A stretch of DNA of 40,901 nucleotides from a virus (taxonomy: Duplodnaviria; Caudoviricetes), in IMG/VR virus record IMGVR_UViG_3300050194_000024, positions 1-40,901 of that record. One strand, written 5' to 3'. This document shows, piece by piece, positions 1-8,972 of the stretch. Position 1 is the first letter of the stretch, and each line of letters opens with the position of its first letter. The notes below the pieces were generated by a model that was not told the DNA's origin, made no database searches, and worked only from the letters and a program-made list of their open reading frames with translations. A program made the translations under genes and the position numbers.

Positions 1-455
1 ATCGACAGCGTTTCGCCGTGGCCCACGATGATGTGGTCCAGCACGCGGACATCGATCAGGCTCAGGCTCGACTTCAGGGTCTGCGTCAGCAGTTCATCGG
101 CGCGGGATGGTGTCGTCACGCCAGATGGGTGGTTGTGCACCATAACGACCGCGGCGGCGTTCTTGTAGAGGCATGCCTTGACCACCTCACGCGGGTAAAC
201 GCTGGTCTGGGTCAGGGTGCCTTGAAACAGTTCTTCGTACTCGATGACCTGATGCTGGCTGTCCAGGTAGACCAGGCCGAACACCTCGCGCTCCAGGCCA
301 GCCAAGGTCAGGGCGAGGTAGTCGCGGATGGATCGTGGGCTGTCGATCTTGGTGCCACCCTTCATGCGGCCCTTCAGGATGGCCAGGGCTTGCTGGATGA
401 TCGCGTCGTCGCTGTTGACGTTGTAGACAGCTTCGGTTTCTTGGTGGGCCTGCAT
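1..455 (-). CDS. radC: RadC-like JAB-domain protein (3' end truncated by window edge)
   Basis: Own translation from ATG 455: MQAHQETEAV...LFQGTLTQTSVYPREVVKACLYKNAAAVVMVHNHPSGVTTPSRADELLTQTLKSSLSLIDVRVLDHIIVG. Has the HNHPSG...S..D JAB motif. Not in the ORF track because it runs off the edge. Confidence 0.92.
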   Translation of the reverse strand, partial: MQAHQETEAVYNVNSDDAIIQQALAILKGRMKGGTKIDSPRSIRDYLALTLAGLEREVFGLVYLDSQHQVIEYEELFQGTLTQTSVYPREVVKACLYKNAAAVVMVHNHPSGVTTPSRADELLTQTLKSSLSLIDVRVLDHIIVGHGETLS

Positions 456-487
456 GGGGTTGTTTGCGTTGCGTTGTTGACGGTGTA

Positions 488-518
488 AATATACATCAAC
501 AATTCGCTTAGTAAACAA
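488..518 (-). promoter_or_regulatory. Putative phage promoter, shared 31-bp motif copy A
   Basis: Minus strand TTGTTTACTAAGCGAATTGTTGATGTATATT, AT-rich, upstream of radC. Matches copies at 4506-4536 and 14315-14345. Confidence 0.65.
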
Positions 519-533
519 TACCAGACAAGATTA

Positions 534-734
534 CTATGGCTTTCCGGCCTTGTAGATCACCCGCAACTTGGGCAGCAACTGCGCGGCGCTGCCTGGGAAG
601 TCGCGCTTGATCATTTCCGCAGTGCGTGCGGCGTAGTTGCGGCCGGTCTGCCTGACCATCTTTTCCACGAACGCCAGAAGGTGCTCGGGCTGTGGGTGCT
701 GGCGGCCAGCGGGATCAGCGGAAGGCTTTGCCAC
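534..734 (-). CDS. Hypothetical protein
   Basis: 66-aa ORF in operon orientation, overlapping the end of the VRR-NUC gene. Confidence 0.6.
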   Translation of the reverse strand: MAKPSADPAGRQHPQPEHLLAFVEKMVRQTGRNYAARTAEMIKRDFPGSAAQLLPKLRVIYKAGKP

Positions 735-1095
735 TTCGGATCTCCTCGACAGCTGCTGTCATGTCGCCTGGCTGGCGGATCACTCGATAGATGCCGCCCC
801 GGGCTTCGAATGATCGCTGCCAGTCTCGCTGGGCCTGGGATTGCTGGCCCTTCTGGGTCTTGACCTCGGCGGCCAGCGGGACGGCGATGGTCTTGCCAAC
901 CATCTCAGCGGTGATGACAGTGGCCACGAACACCATGGTGTCCGACACGCCAGGCGTGCCCACCTTCACGATGCGCTCGGGGTCGTTCATGGCGCGGAAG
1001 ACGCCAGACTGCATGCGGATGGCCATGCAGTCGGGCCGAAGCCCGACTTCAAGCAGTGCGCGGTTCTGGATCTTGGTTTCGCCATTTTGGGCCAT
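715..1095 (-). CDS. VRR-NUC-like PD-(D/E)XK endonuclease / resolvase
   Basis: E..IQ N-terminus, G.PGVSD, AEVKT.KG.QS.AQ..W....EARGG.Y.VIR motif. Start reassigned to ATG 1095. Confidence 0.85.
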   Translation of the reverse strand: MAQNGETKIQNRALLEVGLRPDCMAIRMQSGVFRAMNDPERIVKVGTPGVSDTMVFVATVITAEMVGKTIAVPLAAEVKTQKGQQSQAQRDWQRSFEARGGIYRVIRQPGDMTAAVEEIRSGKAFR

Positions 1096-1144
1096 GCCGC
1101 AGATTCTACGGCACGAGCTGGCCGCCTGTGCAGCCGTGAATGCG

Positions 1145-1402
1145 TTACCAGCGGTCGAACTCGCCAGTCTCAACTTTTGACCGCATGCCGCGCTGCTCGC
1201 GCTCAGGTGGTGGGCTTTGCTGCTTCATGGCGTCCAGCGTCTTGCCCGCCTCGGCCAGCGACTTCTCGACTGCACCGATGCGCCGGGCCTCCGCGCTCAT
1301 GGTGCTGCCCCACGCCAGTTTCGTGACAATGATGTTCAGGTCAGCCACGGCCGAACGGATCTCGACCAGGGCGCAGTGCAGTTGCTGTTCGTTGGGGGTC
1401 AT
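1145..1402 (-). CDS. Hypothetical protein
   Basis: MTPNEQQLHCAL...; its ATG overlaps the upstream stop codon. Confidence 0.6.
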   Translation of the reverse strand: MTPNEQQLHCALVEIRSAVADLNIIVTKLAWGSTMSAEARRIGAVEKSLAEAGKTLDAMKQQSPPPEREQRGMRSKVETGEFDRW

Positions 1403-2367
1403 AACGCCCCTCCCTTCGTGCTCGTGGGGGCGGAGGCAAGCAGGGCGCGGTAGCAAGGGCCGAACAGCTTGATGGTTTCTTGGCGGTCTTCTTCGGTCGT
1501 TTGGTGCCAGATTGGTTCGTCATCTGTTGCATCAGCAAACGCACCCACCATCTCCGGCGTCACCTCCACCGGCACCAGTTGCCACCCCTCCGGCACAGCA
1601 GGCACAGCAGGCACAGCAGCCGTAGCAAACAGCGCGGCACCAGGCTCCACGCCATCAAGCCAGTGAGCCAACAGGGCGCGGGCTTGAGTTTTCGTCAGCG
1701 TCGTGTGGCGCATCAGGTTGACCACGAACACATCACGGTCGGCAGGCACAGCAGCAGCCGGGACGGCTGAGAGCATGTCACGCAGCAGATTGATGGCCCT
1801 CGCGCCGATCTGCGCACGGTTCATGACAGGTGAGCCAGCGGCGTTGCCAGATTCAAACGCTGCGAGGTCTTCAAGGATTGAGTTGGCTTTAACCACCCAC
1901 TCGGCAGTCACAGCAGGGGCGGTAGGCCGTGAGCCGATGCGGTGGTGGGCTTCTGCCTCTCGGATGGCTTCAACGCACGTTGACACGCGGCCTGCGATTT
2001 CGAGCGCCTTGGCGTCAGGCATCGGCCTCGCGGCAGGGGCGGGCTGGGCTGTGTGCAGGCGGCGGTTCAGCGTGTTGAACAGCGCCCCGCCGTGATCGGC
2101 CTCGACGTTGCGCCCGTCATAGCCGGGGGCGGAGTCGCCGGGCACGGCGCGTGCGTTCCGCGCATCGTTGTAGCCCAGGTCATAGGCGCCACGGATTGCG
2201 TCGAAGATGTTTCGCCTCCCAAGCTGGCCCACCGGCTCCCCCTGCTCGCTGGCCGTGGCCGCCCCCTCATACGTCAGCACCGGCTTGCTTGGCGTGTAGA
2301 ACGGCTTGACCATGCGAACGTCATCGCCCGGGCCTTCGCACCCCATGGTTTCGTCTTTGTCGCTCAC
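1399..2367 (-). CDS. Mosaic phage early protein with Eaa/DUF551-like segment
   Basis: GTG start overlapping the upstream stop; C-terminal VPEGWQLVPVEVTPEM motif typical of lambdoid Eaa-like proteins; AVP repeats. Confidence 0.65.
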   Translation of the reverse strand: MSDKDETMGCEGPGDDVRMVKPFYTPSKPVLTYEGAATASEQGEPVGQLGRRNIFDAIRGAYDLGYNDARNARAVPGDSAPGYDGRNVEADHGGALFNTLNRRLHTAQPAPAARPMPDAKALEIAGRVSTCVEAIREAEAHHRIGSRPTAPAVTAEWVVKANSILEDLAAFESGNAAGSPVMNRAQIGARAINLLRDMLSAVPAAAVPADRDVFVVNLMRHTTLTKTQARALLAHWLDGVEPGAALFATAAVPAVPAVPEGWQLVPVEVTPEMVGAFADATDDEPIWHQTTEEDRQETIKLFGPCYRALLASAPTSTKGGAL

Positions 2368-2693
2368 GATGCGCACCCCCGAACCAGGCCAACGATCCCG
2401 GCCAGCACCAGGCCAGCAGACAGGGCGATCAGCACGCCGCGCAGGCTGACGCTGAACACAGGCGGGTGGCGGTCTTCCTCGTAGAGCGCCCAATTCGTGC
2501 GGCTGGTGATGGCATCGAGATCGGCCTTGCGGCGCTTCATGCTGGCCTCAAGGGCGTCCAGCGTGGTGTCGGCTGCCTCGCGCTCCAGGCGATCAGCCAG
2601 GCGGGTTGCAGCGCTGGGCGCCGTGCTCGGGTGAGGCAGCGGGTGCTCGTGGCCGTGGACATGGGCGGCCAATTCCTCGTGGAAGTTCTTCAT
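2364..2693 (-). CDS. Hypothetical protein with C-terminal TM helix
   Basis: 109 aa; hydrophobic LRGVLIALSAGLVLAGIVGLV. Confidence 0.65.
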   Translation of the reverse strand: MKNFHEELAAHVHGHEHPLPHPSTAPSAATRLADRLEREAADTTLDALEASMKRRKADLDAITSRTNWALYEEDRHPPVFSVSLRGVLIALSAGLVLAGIVGLVRGCAS

Positions 2694-2702
2694 GGTCGGC
2701 TT

Positions 2703-3158
2703 TCAGAGTGGGACACGGAATTGCAGGCTGATCACGCCAGCGGTCACGCCCTTGAGGGGCGGCAGAAGCATCGCGCATGCGTACTTCCAGCAGGCGGTCG
2801 GGGCGACCAGCGGCACCACTGGTGCCAGTCGGTAACCGGTGGCCAGGCCCATGGTGATGCCGGCGCGGGCGCCCAGGATCTCAAGCGGCAGCTTGCTCAA
2901 CGTGGCGTAGGCGGTCGGCCGGCGCTCGCTGTTGTAGTAGGCGCCAACCGACACATCGGTTTCACCCATCAGCCACACGTCGCGCTTCGCCCAGGTCAGG
3001 CCCAGGCCAGCGTTGACCTCGTTGAAGCCTTCCACCCGCTTGCCATCGCTGTCGAAGTGGTAACTCGGGCCACCAAGGTTCAGGAAGTCAGGGGCCATGC
3101 CTTCAGCATGGACGGATGCCGCGGCCAGCAAGGCCAGCGAGGTGATGAGGTGTTTCAT
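2703..3158 (-). CDS. PagP-like outer-membrane beta-barrel protein with signal peptide (possible upstream start at 3248)
   Basis: Signal peptide MKHLITSLALLAAASVHA; SYH...NEVNAGLG...GAYYNSERRP...GLATGY...PLVAP pattern resembling the PagP fold. Confidence 0.65.
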   Translation of the reverse strand: MKHLITSLALLAAASVHAEGMAPDFLNLGGPSYHFDSDGKRVEGFNEVNAGLGLTWAKRDVWLMGETDVSVGAYYNSERRPTAYATLSKLPLEILGARAGITMGLATGYRLAPVVPLVAPTACWKYACAMLLPPLKGVTAGVISLQFRVPL

Positions 3159-3244
3159 GGTGGCTTTGGGGAGGTAGAGCCCTTGCGGGCAGTTGTGGGA
3201 CTTGTGCCCGTACTGCAGGCAGATCACGCAGCGGTTGTCGCTGC

Positions 3245-3544
3245 TCATGGAATCGGCGCCCAGCGGGTGATTGCCAGGCAGGCCATGCCGCAGCCGATCA
3301 CGCAGGCCCACCACTGCCACGGGTAGCCGGTTGGCTTGGGCTTGGTCAGCAGCACGTGCTGGACGACTGCTTCGGTGGTCGACACCAGCGGGGCGTTGAT
3401 CTCTTCGAAGCTGCCGCGCTCGGTGTCGATGCGGATGACATGGCCTGGCTTCCAGCGAGAGGAAATGGCGACAGGACGGCCGCGCCGAACTGGCAAACGG
3501 GCTTGCGCTTCGGATCGGCGGATCAGTTCTTGGACTTGGTTCAT
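3245..3544 (-). CDS. Hypothetical protein with C-terminal TM helix
   Basis: MNQVQELIRR...WWACVIGCGMACLAI; ATG 3544. Confidence 0.6.
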   Translation of the reverse strand: MNQVQELIRRSEAQARLPVRRGRPVAISSRWKPGHVIRIDTERGSFEEINAPLVSTTEAVVQHVLLTKPKPTGYPWQWWACVIGCGMACLAITRWAPIP

Positions 3545-3578
3545 GGTGTAGAGGCCGGGCCCGTCCCGGCTGGTGTTG

Positions 3579-4247
3579 TCAGGCGGCGCAGCTATCGGCG
3601 GCCAACTGGTTGTCGTTGTGGTGCACCAAGCCGCCCCATTGGAGGGCCATGGCTTCAGCGATCCCGGCGTAAGTCTCGCTTCGGATCTTCCAGCGGTCAT
3701 CAGATGGCGGCAGCTTGTTCTGCCCGCTATCGGTCTGATTTGCCCAGCGGGCTCGGCCATTGACCATTCGGCCCTCCACGATCTTGTTATGCGCCAGCTT
3801 CGGCAGACCTTGCAGCCAAAGGCACGTCGCCTTGCTGGCGTCGTGGCCAAACTGGTGCGGGTGGATGATCTGATCGGGCTTGCGGACGCGGCTGGACAGG
3901 CAGCCAATGGGGTTCTCTACGGCTCGGCGCGGGATGTGGGCAGTCTCAGGGCCATCAATGAACATGCGAGCGAAGGCCACGGCCTCATCCGTCAGATCAG
4001 CACGAGGGCGGCCATCAACCAGAACGCCTCGCTTGTTCCAATGCAGGCCACTGCTGCAGATGTAGGTGCAAGGTGGGTGGGCAATCAAGATATCCCACGG
4101 CTCGTGCAAGATGTCGCGGACGTCGCCTTGGTAGTGTGGGCCGGCCACATCTGTCGGAAGCAGGTCGCAAGACATGGCGTCGTGTCCAGCACGGATAAAG
4201 GCATCGCGGACGGCGCCAGAGTATTCACAGGCAATCAGGACTTTCAC
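3579..4247 (-). CDS. Orphan phage DNA (cytosine-5) methyltransferase
   Basis: KVLIACEYSG.VRDAF, catalytic AHPPCTY, VENP, RSET.GIAEAMA.QWG motifs. Confidence 0.85.
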   Translation of the reverse strand: MKVLIACEYSGAVRDAFIRAGHDAMSCDLLPTDVAGPHYQGDVRDILHEPWDILIAHPPCTYICSSGLHWNKRGVLVDGRPRADLTDEAVAFARMFIDGPETAHIPRRAVENPIGCLSSRVRKPDQIIHPHQFGHDASKATCLWLQGLPKLAHNKIVEGRMVNGRARWANQTDSGQNKLPPSDDRWKIRSETYAGIAEAMALQWGGLVHHNDNQLAADSCAA

Positions 4248-4262
4248 AGGTGGCTCCAAAAA

Positions 4263-4469
4263 TCAGTTAGCGATCCGCTTGGCGGGCTTCTTCATCGAGC
4301 GCAGCACCGCACGGGCTGCGTCCTTGGTAGCAAACTCGGCATCCTCACCAGTGCGAACATCCTTGACGTGATCCACGCCCAAGCCGTATTCCTTCTGTAC
4401 ATAAAAGGAGATCACGAAGTAAGGTGCGCGGTTGCGGGGAGTGCGTTGGGCGATGTAGGCGTTCAGCAT
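4263..4469 (-). CDS. Hypothetical small protein with its own promoter
   Basis: MLNAYIAQRTPRNR...; GGAG SD upstream; motif copy B upstream. Confidence 0.7.
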   Translation of the reverse strand: MLNAYIAQRTPRNRAPYFVISFYVQKEYGLGVDHVKDVRTGEDAEFATKDAARAVLRSMKKPAKRIAN

Positions 4470-4505
4470 GGTGTTCTCCGGTGCGTTGCTTGCTGCGATG
4501 TCTCC

Positions 4506-4536
4506 ATTATGCACAAACTATTTACGCAGCAAACAA
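4506..4536 (-). promoter_or_regulatory. Putative phage promoter, shared 31-bp motif copy B
   Basis: Minus strand TTGTTTGCTGCGTAAATAGTTTGTGCATAAT. Confidence 0.65.
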
Positions 4537-4558
4537 AGCCCACACAGATTACTAGGAC

Positions 4559-6268
4559 TTACGCAGCCTGATCACTGGTCGCCTGCACGTGCTCGACCAC
4601 CTTGGCCCGCAGCACCTGCAACTCCTTCGGCTTCATGTTGCGGATCGCGGTCAGCGTGCACCCGAAGGTCTTGAACACGTTCCCGCCCTGGGCCTTGAAT
4701 GGCTCCAGCACATCCATGATGTCGCTGATCACCCGGGCCTTGGCCTGCCTGGCTGCAACGATCTTTGTGGCGCGCGACCGGCTCATGCCCATGGTGCCCA
4801 TCAGTTCCTCGACCGATTGCGCCTGGCCCTGCATGGCGCGGCGCTGGCGGCGCTGCCGCTCTTCTTCCTCCATGTTGACCTTCACCAGATTGGCATCCAC
4901 CTGCACGGCCTCACGGCGCTCTGCGACCGGGTAGACGTAGCCGCATGGCTCGCCGCTCCCGAACTTGTTCTGGTTCGGGCAAACAGGCAGCGGGACATGG
5001 ATGCTCGCGCACGATGGGCACGTGCGCAGTTTCACGTCCTGCTCGTTGTCGTTGGCCGCCTTTGCCTTGGTCTTCTTGGCCTCTGGCGACAGCGACCACT
5101 CGCGCTCGAAATGCGGCAGGCCGTGTTCCTCGATCACGCCAACACAGTCCAGGATGATGGCCCGATCCTTCTGCGGGTGTGGCCGCAGCACCCGGCCCGT
5201 GCCCTGCATGAAAATCCGCAGGCTCATGGTCTTACGCAGCCAGATGGCCGTGGTGGCGTAGGGGATGTCCACGCCCTTGACCAGCAGACCAACGCCGGTC
5301 AGCACGTCCATTTCGCCATTGCCCAGCTGTTTGATGGCCTTGCGGCGCTTGCCATCCTCGGTCATGCCGTCCAGTGCCAGTGCCCGATAACCGCCGTCTC
5401 TGAATGCCCGGGCGAACTTCTCAGCGCTGGCCACGGTCGGGCAGAACGCAATCGCCGGCTTGCCATGGCTGAACGTTCGGTAGTGGGCCACCACGTCACC
5501 ATAGATCCGGGGGGCGTCCAACTCCTTCTCAAGCTCCTGCGGGTCGTAGTCGTGACCCTTGCGCTTGGTCAGGTCGGCCACGCCTTCTTGCAGGTGCATC
5601 TCAGGCTTGTAGGCGTCGTAATTGGCAAGGAAGCCATTGTCGATCAGCCATGCCTCGGTGGGGCCGTGCACGATCTGATCGTACAGGCCGCCCTCATGCC
5701 GCGCGAAGCTCTGGCGATCCATGCGAACTGGTGTAGCGGTCAGGCCAAGCAGCCGGGCCTCTGGCCAGTAGCCAATGACGCGGCGCCAGGTGGCGGCCAG
5801 CGATAGGTCTGCCTCATCGGCAACGATCTGGGCCGGGTTGAGCCACTTCAGTTGGTGCTGGTCGCTCCACACTGGACCATCAAGGCGGCGCACCAGTGTC
5901 TGGATGCTGGCGATGACCACATGCGCGCCATGCTTGACCCATGACCGACCGAACTCCATGAACTCGTGCGCCTTAACTGCGCGCTCCGTCGACGCGGAGC
6001 ACAGCATGTGGTGCTCGATTCCGTATTCGGCGAATGTCATCGCGGCCTGGTCGACCAGTTCTTCCTGGTCAACGATCCACAGCACCTGGCGGCCTGTGCT
6101 GGCGTATTTGTTGACGATGTAGCTGGCAGTGCGGGTTTTCCCACCTCCCGTGGGACAGCGAAGGATGACGCCCTTGGCGCCTTCTTGGTAAGCCTTGGCA
6201 ATGTCACGCACCATGGGCAGCTGGTATTCAGGCCGCAGGATGATGGGCTTGGGGGTGGCGATTGTCAT
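4559..6268 (-). CDS. SF2 (DEAD/DEAH-like) helicase with C-terminal Zn finger
   Basis: PTGGGKT Walker A, DEAD, GLTATP, GVDIP, QGTGRVLR; CPSC..CP..C C-terminal. Confidence 0.92.
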   Translation of the reverse strand: MTIATPKPIILRPEYQLPMVRDIAKAYQEGAKGVILRCPTGGGKTRTASYIVNKYASTGRQVLWIVDQEELVDQAAMTFAEYGIEHHMLCSASTERAVKAHEFMEFGRSWVKHGAHVVIASIQTLVRRLDGPVWSDQHQLKWLNPAQIVADEADLSLAATWRRVIGYWPEARLLGLTATPVRMDRQSFARHEGGLYDQIVHGPTEAWLIDNGFLANYDAYKPEMHLQEGVADLTKRKGHDYDPQELEKELDAPRIYGDVVAHYRTFSHGKPAIAFCPTVASAEKFARAFRDGGYRALALDGMTEDGKRRKAIKQLGNGEMDVLTGVGLLVKGVDIPYATTAIWLRKTMSLRIFMQGTGRVLRPHPQKDRAIILDCVGVIEEHGLPHFEREWSLSPEAKKTKAKAANDNEQDVKLRTCPSCASIHVPLPVCPNQNKFGSGEPCGYVYPVAERREAVQVDANLVKVNMEEEERQRRQRRAMQGQAQSVEELMGTMGMSRSRATKIVAARQAKARVISDIMDVLEPFKAQGGNVFKTFGCTLTAIRNMKPKELQVLRAKVVEHVQATSDQAA

Positions 6269-6492
6269 GCAAGCCAGCCCTTGCGATGCAAAGCCACAAA
6301 CGCACGCCTGACCACATACGACCGCACCACCGACAGCACGGTGAAGATCAGCGTGATGCTGACGTTCTCGGCCAGGGTGAAGGCGTGCCCGTGGGCGGGG
6401 TAGACGACCATGCTGGCCGCCACGGAAACGACGAAGCCGATGGCGGTGCCGGCGACGGCCTCGGCGATGGAGTGAAGGCGGGATTGGGTCAT
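6265..6492 (-). CDS. Small two-TM phage membrane protein
   Basis: MTQSRLHSIAEAV...S.VRSYVVRR.F, a pattern common in phages; overlapping start/stop coupling. Confidence 0.75.
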   Translation of the reverse strand: MTQSRLHSIAEAVAGTAIGFVVSVAASMVVYPAHGHAFTLAENVSITLIFTVLSVVRSYVVRRAFVALHRKGWLA

Positions 6493-6686
6493 TGCTGGCC
6501 GCCCTCCTGGGCTTCGGCCTGCTCGTTGAACTCGCGCACCAGGCAGTTGATTGGGTTTTCGACGCCGGTCAGGGCCGCCACATCCAGGGTGCGCGTGGCC
6601 TGCAGCTCGTGGATCAGGTGGCCAGGTCCGACCAGGGCGACCAGCACGGTGCGCAGCGCGACCGCATCGACGGTTACGGTCTTCAT
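6489..6686 (-). CDS. Hypothetical protein
   Basis: 65 aa, translationally coupled on both sides. Confidence 0.65.
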   Translation of the reverse strand: MKTVTVDAVALRTVLVALVGPGHLIHELQATRTLDVAALTGVENPINCLVREFNEQAEAQEGGQQ

Positions 6687-6994
6687 GCTGCACCCGCCTT
6701 CTTCTCGGCGCTCTCAGCCCGTGCCTGATCAGCCGTCAGGCCCGGCCCCGTCACGGCCGCAACGACAGCCTTGGTGGCGGCGGCCTTCTTCGCCCGCACT
6801 TCCTCGGCCACGGCCAGGATGTCATCGGACTTCACGGACCCGGCCGACCACTGCACCAGCCGCATCAGGTTGATGCCACCCGGCACGGTATCGCCGCGCT
6901 CCCAGCGGTTGAAGGTGCTCACGTCCACGCCCAATTGGCTGGCCGCCTGTTCGCAACTCAGTCCGCGTTGCTTGCGGTATTCATCAAGTCTCAT
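6683..6994 (-). CDS. Cro-like XRE helix-turn-helix regulator
   Basis: MRLDEYRKQRGLSCEQAASQLGVDVSTFNRWERGDTVP; first gene of the leftward operon. Confidence 0.85.
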   Translation of the reverse strand: MRLDEYRKQRGLSCEQAASQLGVDVSTFNRWERGDTVPGGINLMRLVQWSAGSVKSDDILAVAEEVRAKKAAATKAVVAAVTGPGLTADQARAESAEKKAGAA

Positions 6995-6999
6995 GGCAA

Positions 7000-7070
7000 T
7001 GATTTACTGTTGACATGCTTGCATCTTTGCACATTTGTGTTTACTATGCAAGCACTGCAAAGCATTTCAC
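7000..7070. promoter_or_regulatory. Divergent promoter/operator region
   Basis: Plus strand TTGCAT(7019)-N17-TACTAT(7047). Inverted repeats TGCTTGCAT 7016-7024 / ATGCAAGCA 7046-7054 and CTTTGCA / TGCAAAG. Confidence 0.7.
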
Positions 7071-7094
7071 AAGATCAACCACCGAAAGGACAAG

Positions 7095-8132
7095 ATGAAC
7101 GATAACCATTTGCAGGGCCTGTTCACAGACATGTCGAACGAGGCCTATCACGGGCACAGCCACATCGGCTCCAGCGGCTTCAAGCTGCTCCAGAAGTCCC
7201 CGGCGCACTTCTTCGAAGCCAGCCCGATGAACCCCAAGCGCGAGCGCAAAGACCCCACCAAGTACATGCTGATGGGCACGGCCTGGCACACGGGCATCTG
7301 GGAGCCCGAACTGTTCGCCAGCACCTACGCAGCCAAGCCAGACATCCACCCGGCCACGACGCTGGCGAAGATGCTGGATGTGGCGCTGGCCGACTTCGAA
7401 GCGTTCAAGTCCACGCACGTCGCCATCCCTGACGGGATCAGCAAGACCACCAAGGAAGGCAAGGCGCTGCTGGCTGAACTAGCATCCGAAGGAAAGACCG
7501 GCATCGAGGCCGAAGTGCATGCCAAGATCCTGGAGTTGGCGCCCAGCCTGGTCGGCAAGGTGCTGCTCTCAGCAGATGATCTGGCAGACGTACGCGCCAT
7601 GTCTAACGCGGCTGAAGTACACCCGGTCACGCGGGTGATCAAGTCGCTGCCCGGTGGTCTGGGTGAGGCCTCGATTTTCTGGGTCGACAAGCAGACCGGT
7701 GCACCGTGCCGCATCCGCCCTGACTGGCACGTGCCGCCCGGCCATCCGATGTTCCCCAACGGGCTGATCGTTGACGGCAAGAGCAACGATGACAGCAGCA
7801 AGGAAGGGTTCGCGCGCTCGGCCTGGAATAGCGAAATGTACTTCCAGGCGGCGTTCTACAGCGACGGCTTCCAGGCCCACTACGGCACGAAGAAGCCCCC
7901 GGTGTTCGCATGGCTGGGCCAGGAGCGTGATCGCCCCTATGCCACGCAGTACCACAGCGCCCCGGCCGACTTCGTGGAGTACGGCCGCCGCAAGTATCGC
8001 CCCCTGCTGGCCCTGTTTGCTGAGTGCCTGCGCACCGGCCAGTGGCCCGGCTACTCCGAGAAGGTGCAGGCGCTGGAGGTGCCCGGCTGGGCGCTCAAGA
8101 CCCTGCAAGAGGTGGTCGGCTCGGCCGCCTGA
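7095..8132 (+). CDS. RecE/exonuclease VIII-like PD-(D/E)XK nuclease
   Basis: SNEAYH..IGSS..K...SPAHF, GTAWH, EASIFW.D..G.PCRIRPD, IVDGKS, Y.QAAFY. AAGGA SD before ATG 7095. Confidence 0.88.
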   Translation: MNDNHLQGLFTDMSNEAYHGHSHIGSSGFKLLQKSPAHFFEASPMNPKRERKDPTKYMLMGTAWHTGIWEPELFASTYAAKPDIHPATTLAKMLDVALADFEAFKSTHVAIPDGISKTTKEGKALLAELASEGKTGIEAEVHAKILELAPSLVGKVLLSADDLADVRAMSNAAEVHPVTRVIKSLPGGLGEASIFWVDKQTGAPCRIRPDWHVPPGHPMFPNGLIVDGKSNDDSSKEGFARSAWNSEMYFQAAFYSDGFQAHYGTKKPPVFAWLGQERDRPYATQYHSAPADFVEYGRRKYRPLLALFAECLRTGQWPGYSEKVQALEVPGWALKTLQEVVGSAA

Positions 8133-8159
8133 TCAGTTTCCCAACCCCTGAAAGCAAGT

Positions 8160-8480
8160 ATGCAAAAGTCTCTCCGTTCAGCCACGGCAATGTTGGCTGC
8201 AGTCGCAGGCCTTGGCGTTGCCGCCATGTCCGGTTCGCCCACCACAGCACAAGAAGTGCGCGTCGTGAAAGGTTCGTCGGTCGGCAAGACCGAAACGGGC
8301 CAGACACCCATCCAGCGCTCACCCTCGCGCGCGGTCGAAATCATCGCGAACCGCCTGGCCTTCCGTGCTGGCCGCCTGGGCTGGAAGTACCCCAAGCCCG
8401 GCCACTCGGTGCGCCAGGGCCAGCGCATGGCGCTCAAGGCCCGCAACAAGTCCCGCAACAAGGCTGCTCACCGCGGATGA
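8160..8480 (+). CDS. Hypothetical protein with basic C-terminus
   Basis: 106 aa; hydrophobic N-terminus and Arg/Lys-rich tail. Confidence 0.6.
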   Translation: MQKSLRSATAMLAAVAGLGVAAMSGSPTTAQEVRVVKGSSVGKTETGQTPIQRSPSRAVEIIANRLAFRAGRLGWKYPKPGHSVRQGQRMALKARNKSRNKAAHRG

Positions 8481-8508
8481 TCGTTCAACCACCCACCGAA
8501 AGGCAATC

Positions 8509-8946
8509 ATGAACCAAAGCACCGCCACCGTGACCGTCACCCCTGACGCCAAAGACTTCCAACTGGCCGCCATGGCTGCGCGCAGCCTCACCGACATCTG
8601 TCACGCGGCGAACCGCACCTGGTGGACAGACCTGAAGACCGGCGAGGATCTGACCAGCGCACCCGGCCAGCCCCTCAAGGTCAACATCCCCGAAAAGCTG
8701 ATGCTGATCGTGTCGGAGGTGGCCGAAGGCATGGAGGGCCACCGCAAGAACCTGGCAGACGACAAGCTGCCGCACCGCAAGATGCTGGAGGTCGAACTGG
8801 CTGATGCCGTGATCAGAATTTTCGATTTGGCGGGCGGTGTTGGCCTAGATGTGGCGGGCGCCCTGGGCGAGAAGCTGGCCTTCAACGCATCTCGCATCGA
8901 CCACAAGCCTGAGCACCGCCTTGCCGAAGGCGGCAAGGCGTACTGA
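8509..8946 (+). CDS. MazG-like NTP pyrophosphohydrolase
   Basis: EKLMLIVSEVAEGMEG.RK...EVELADAVIRIFDL: EXXE...EXXD MazG motif. Confidence 0.85.
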   Translation: MNQSTATVTVTPDAKDFQLAAMAARSLTDICHAANRTWWTDLKTGEDLTSAPGQPLKVNIPEKLMLIVSEVAEGMEGHRKNLADDKLPHRKMLEVELADAVIRIFDLAGGVGLDVAGALGEKLAFNASRIDHKPEHRLAEGGKAY

Positions 8947-8972
8947 TCAACCTCACCTGAAAGACACCCACC

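Noticed and set aside
18-488. 156-aa plus-strand ORF
   Set aside because: Shadow of the minus-strand radC-like gene.
1592-1620. GGCACAGCA x3 tandem repeat
   Set aside because: In-frame 9-mer encoding an AVP linker; not CRISPR or phase-variable.
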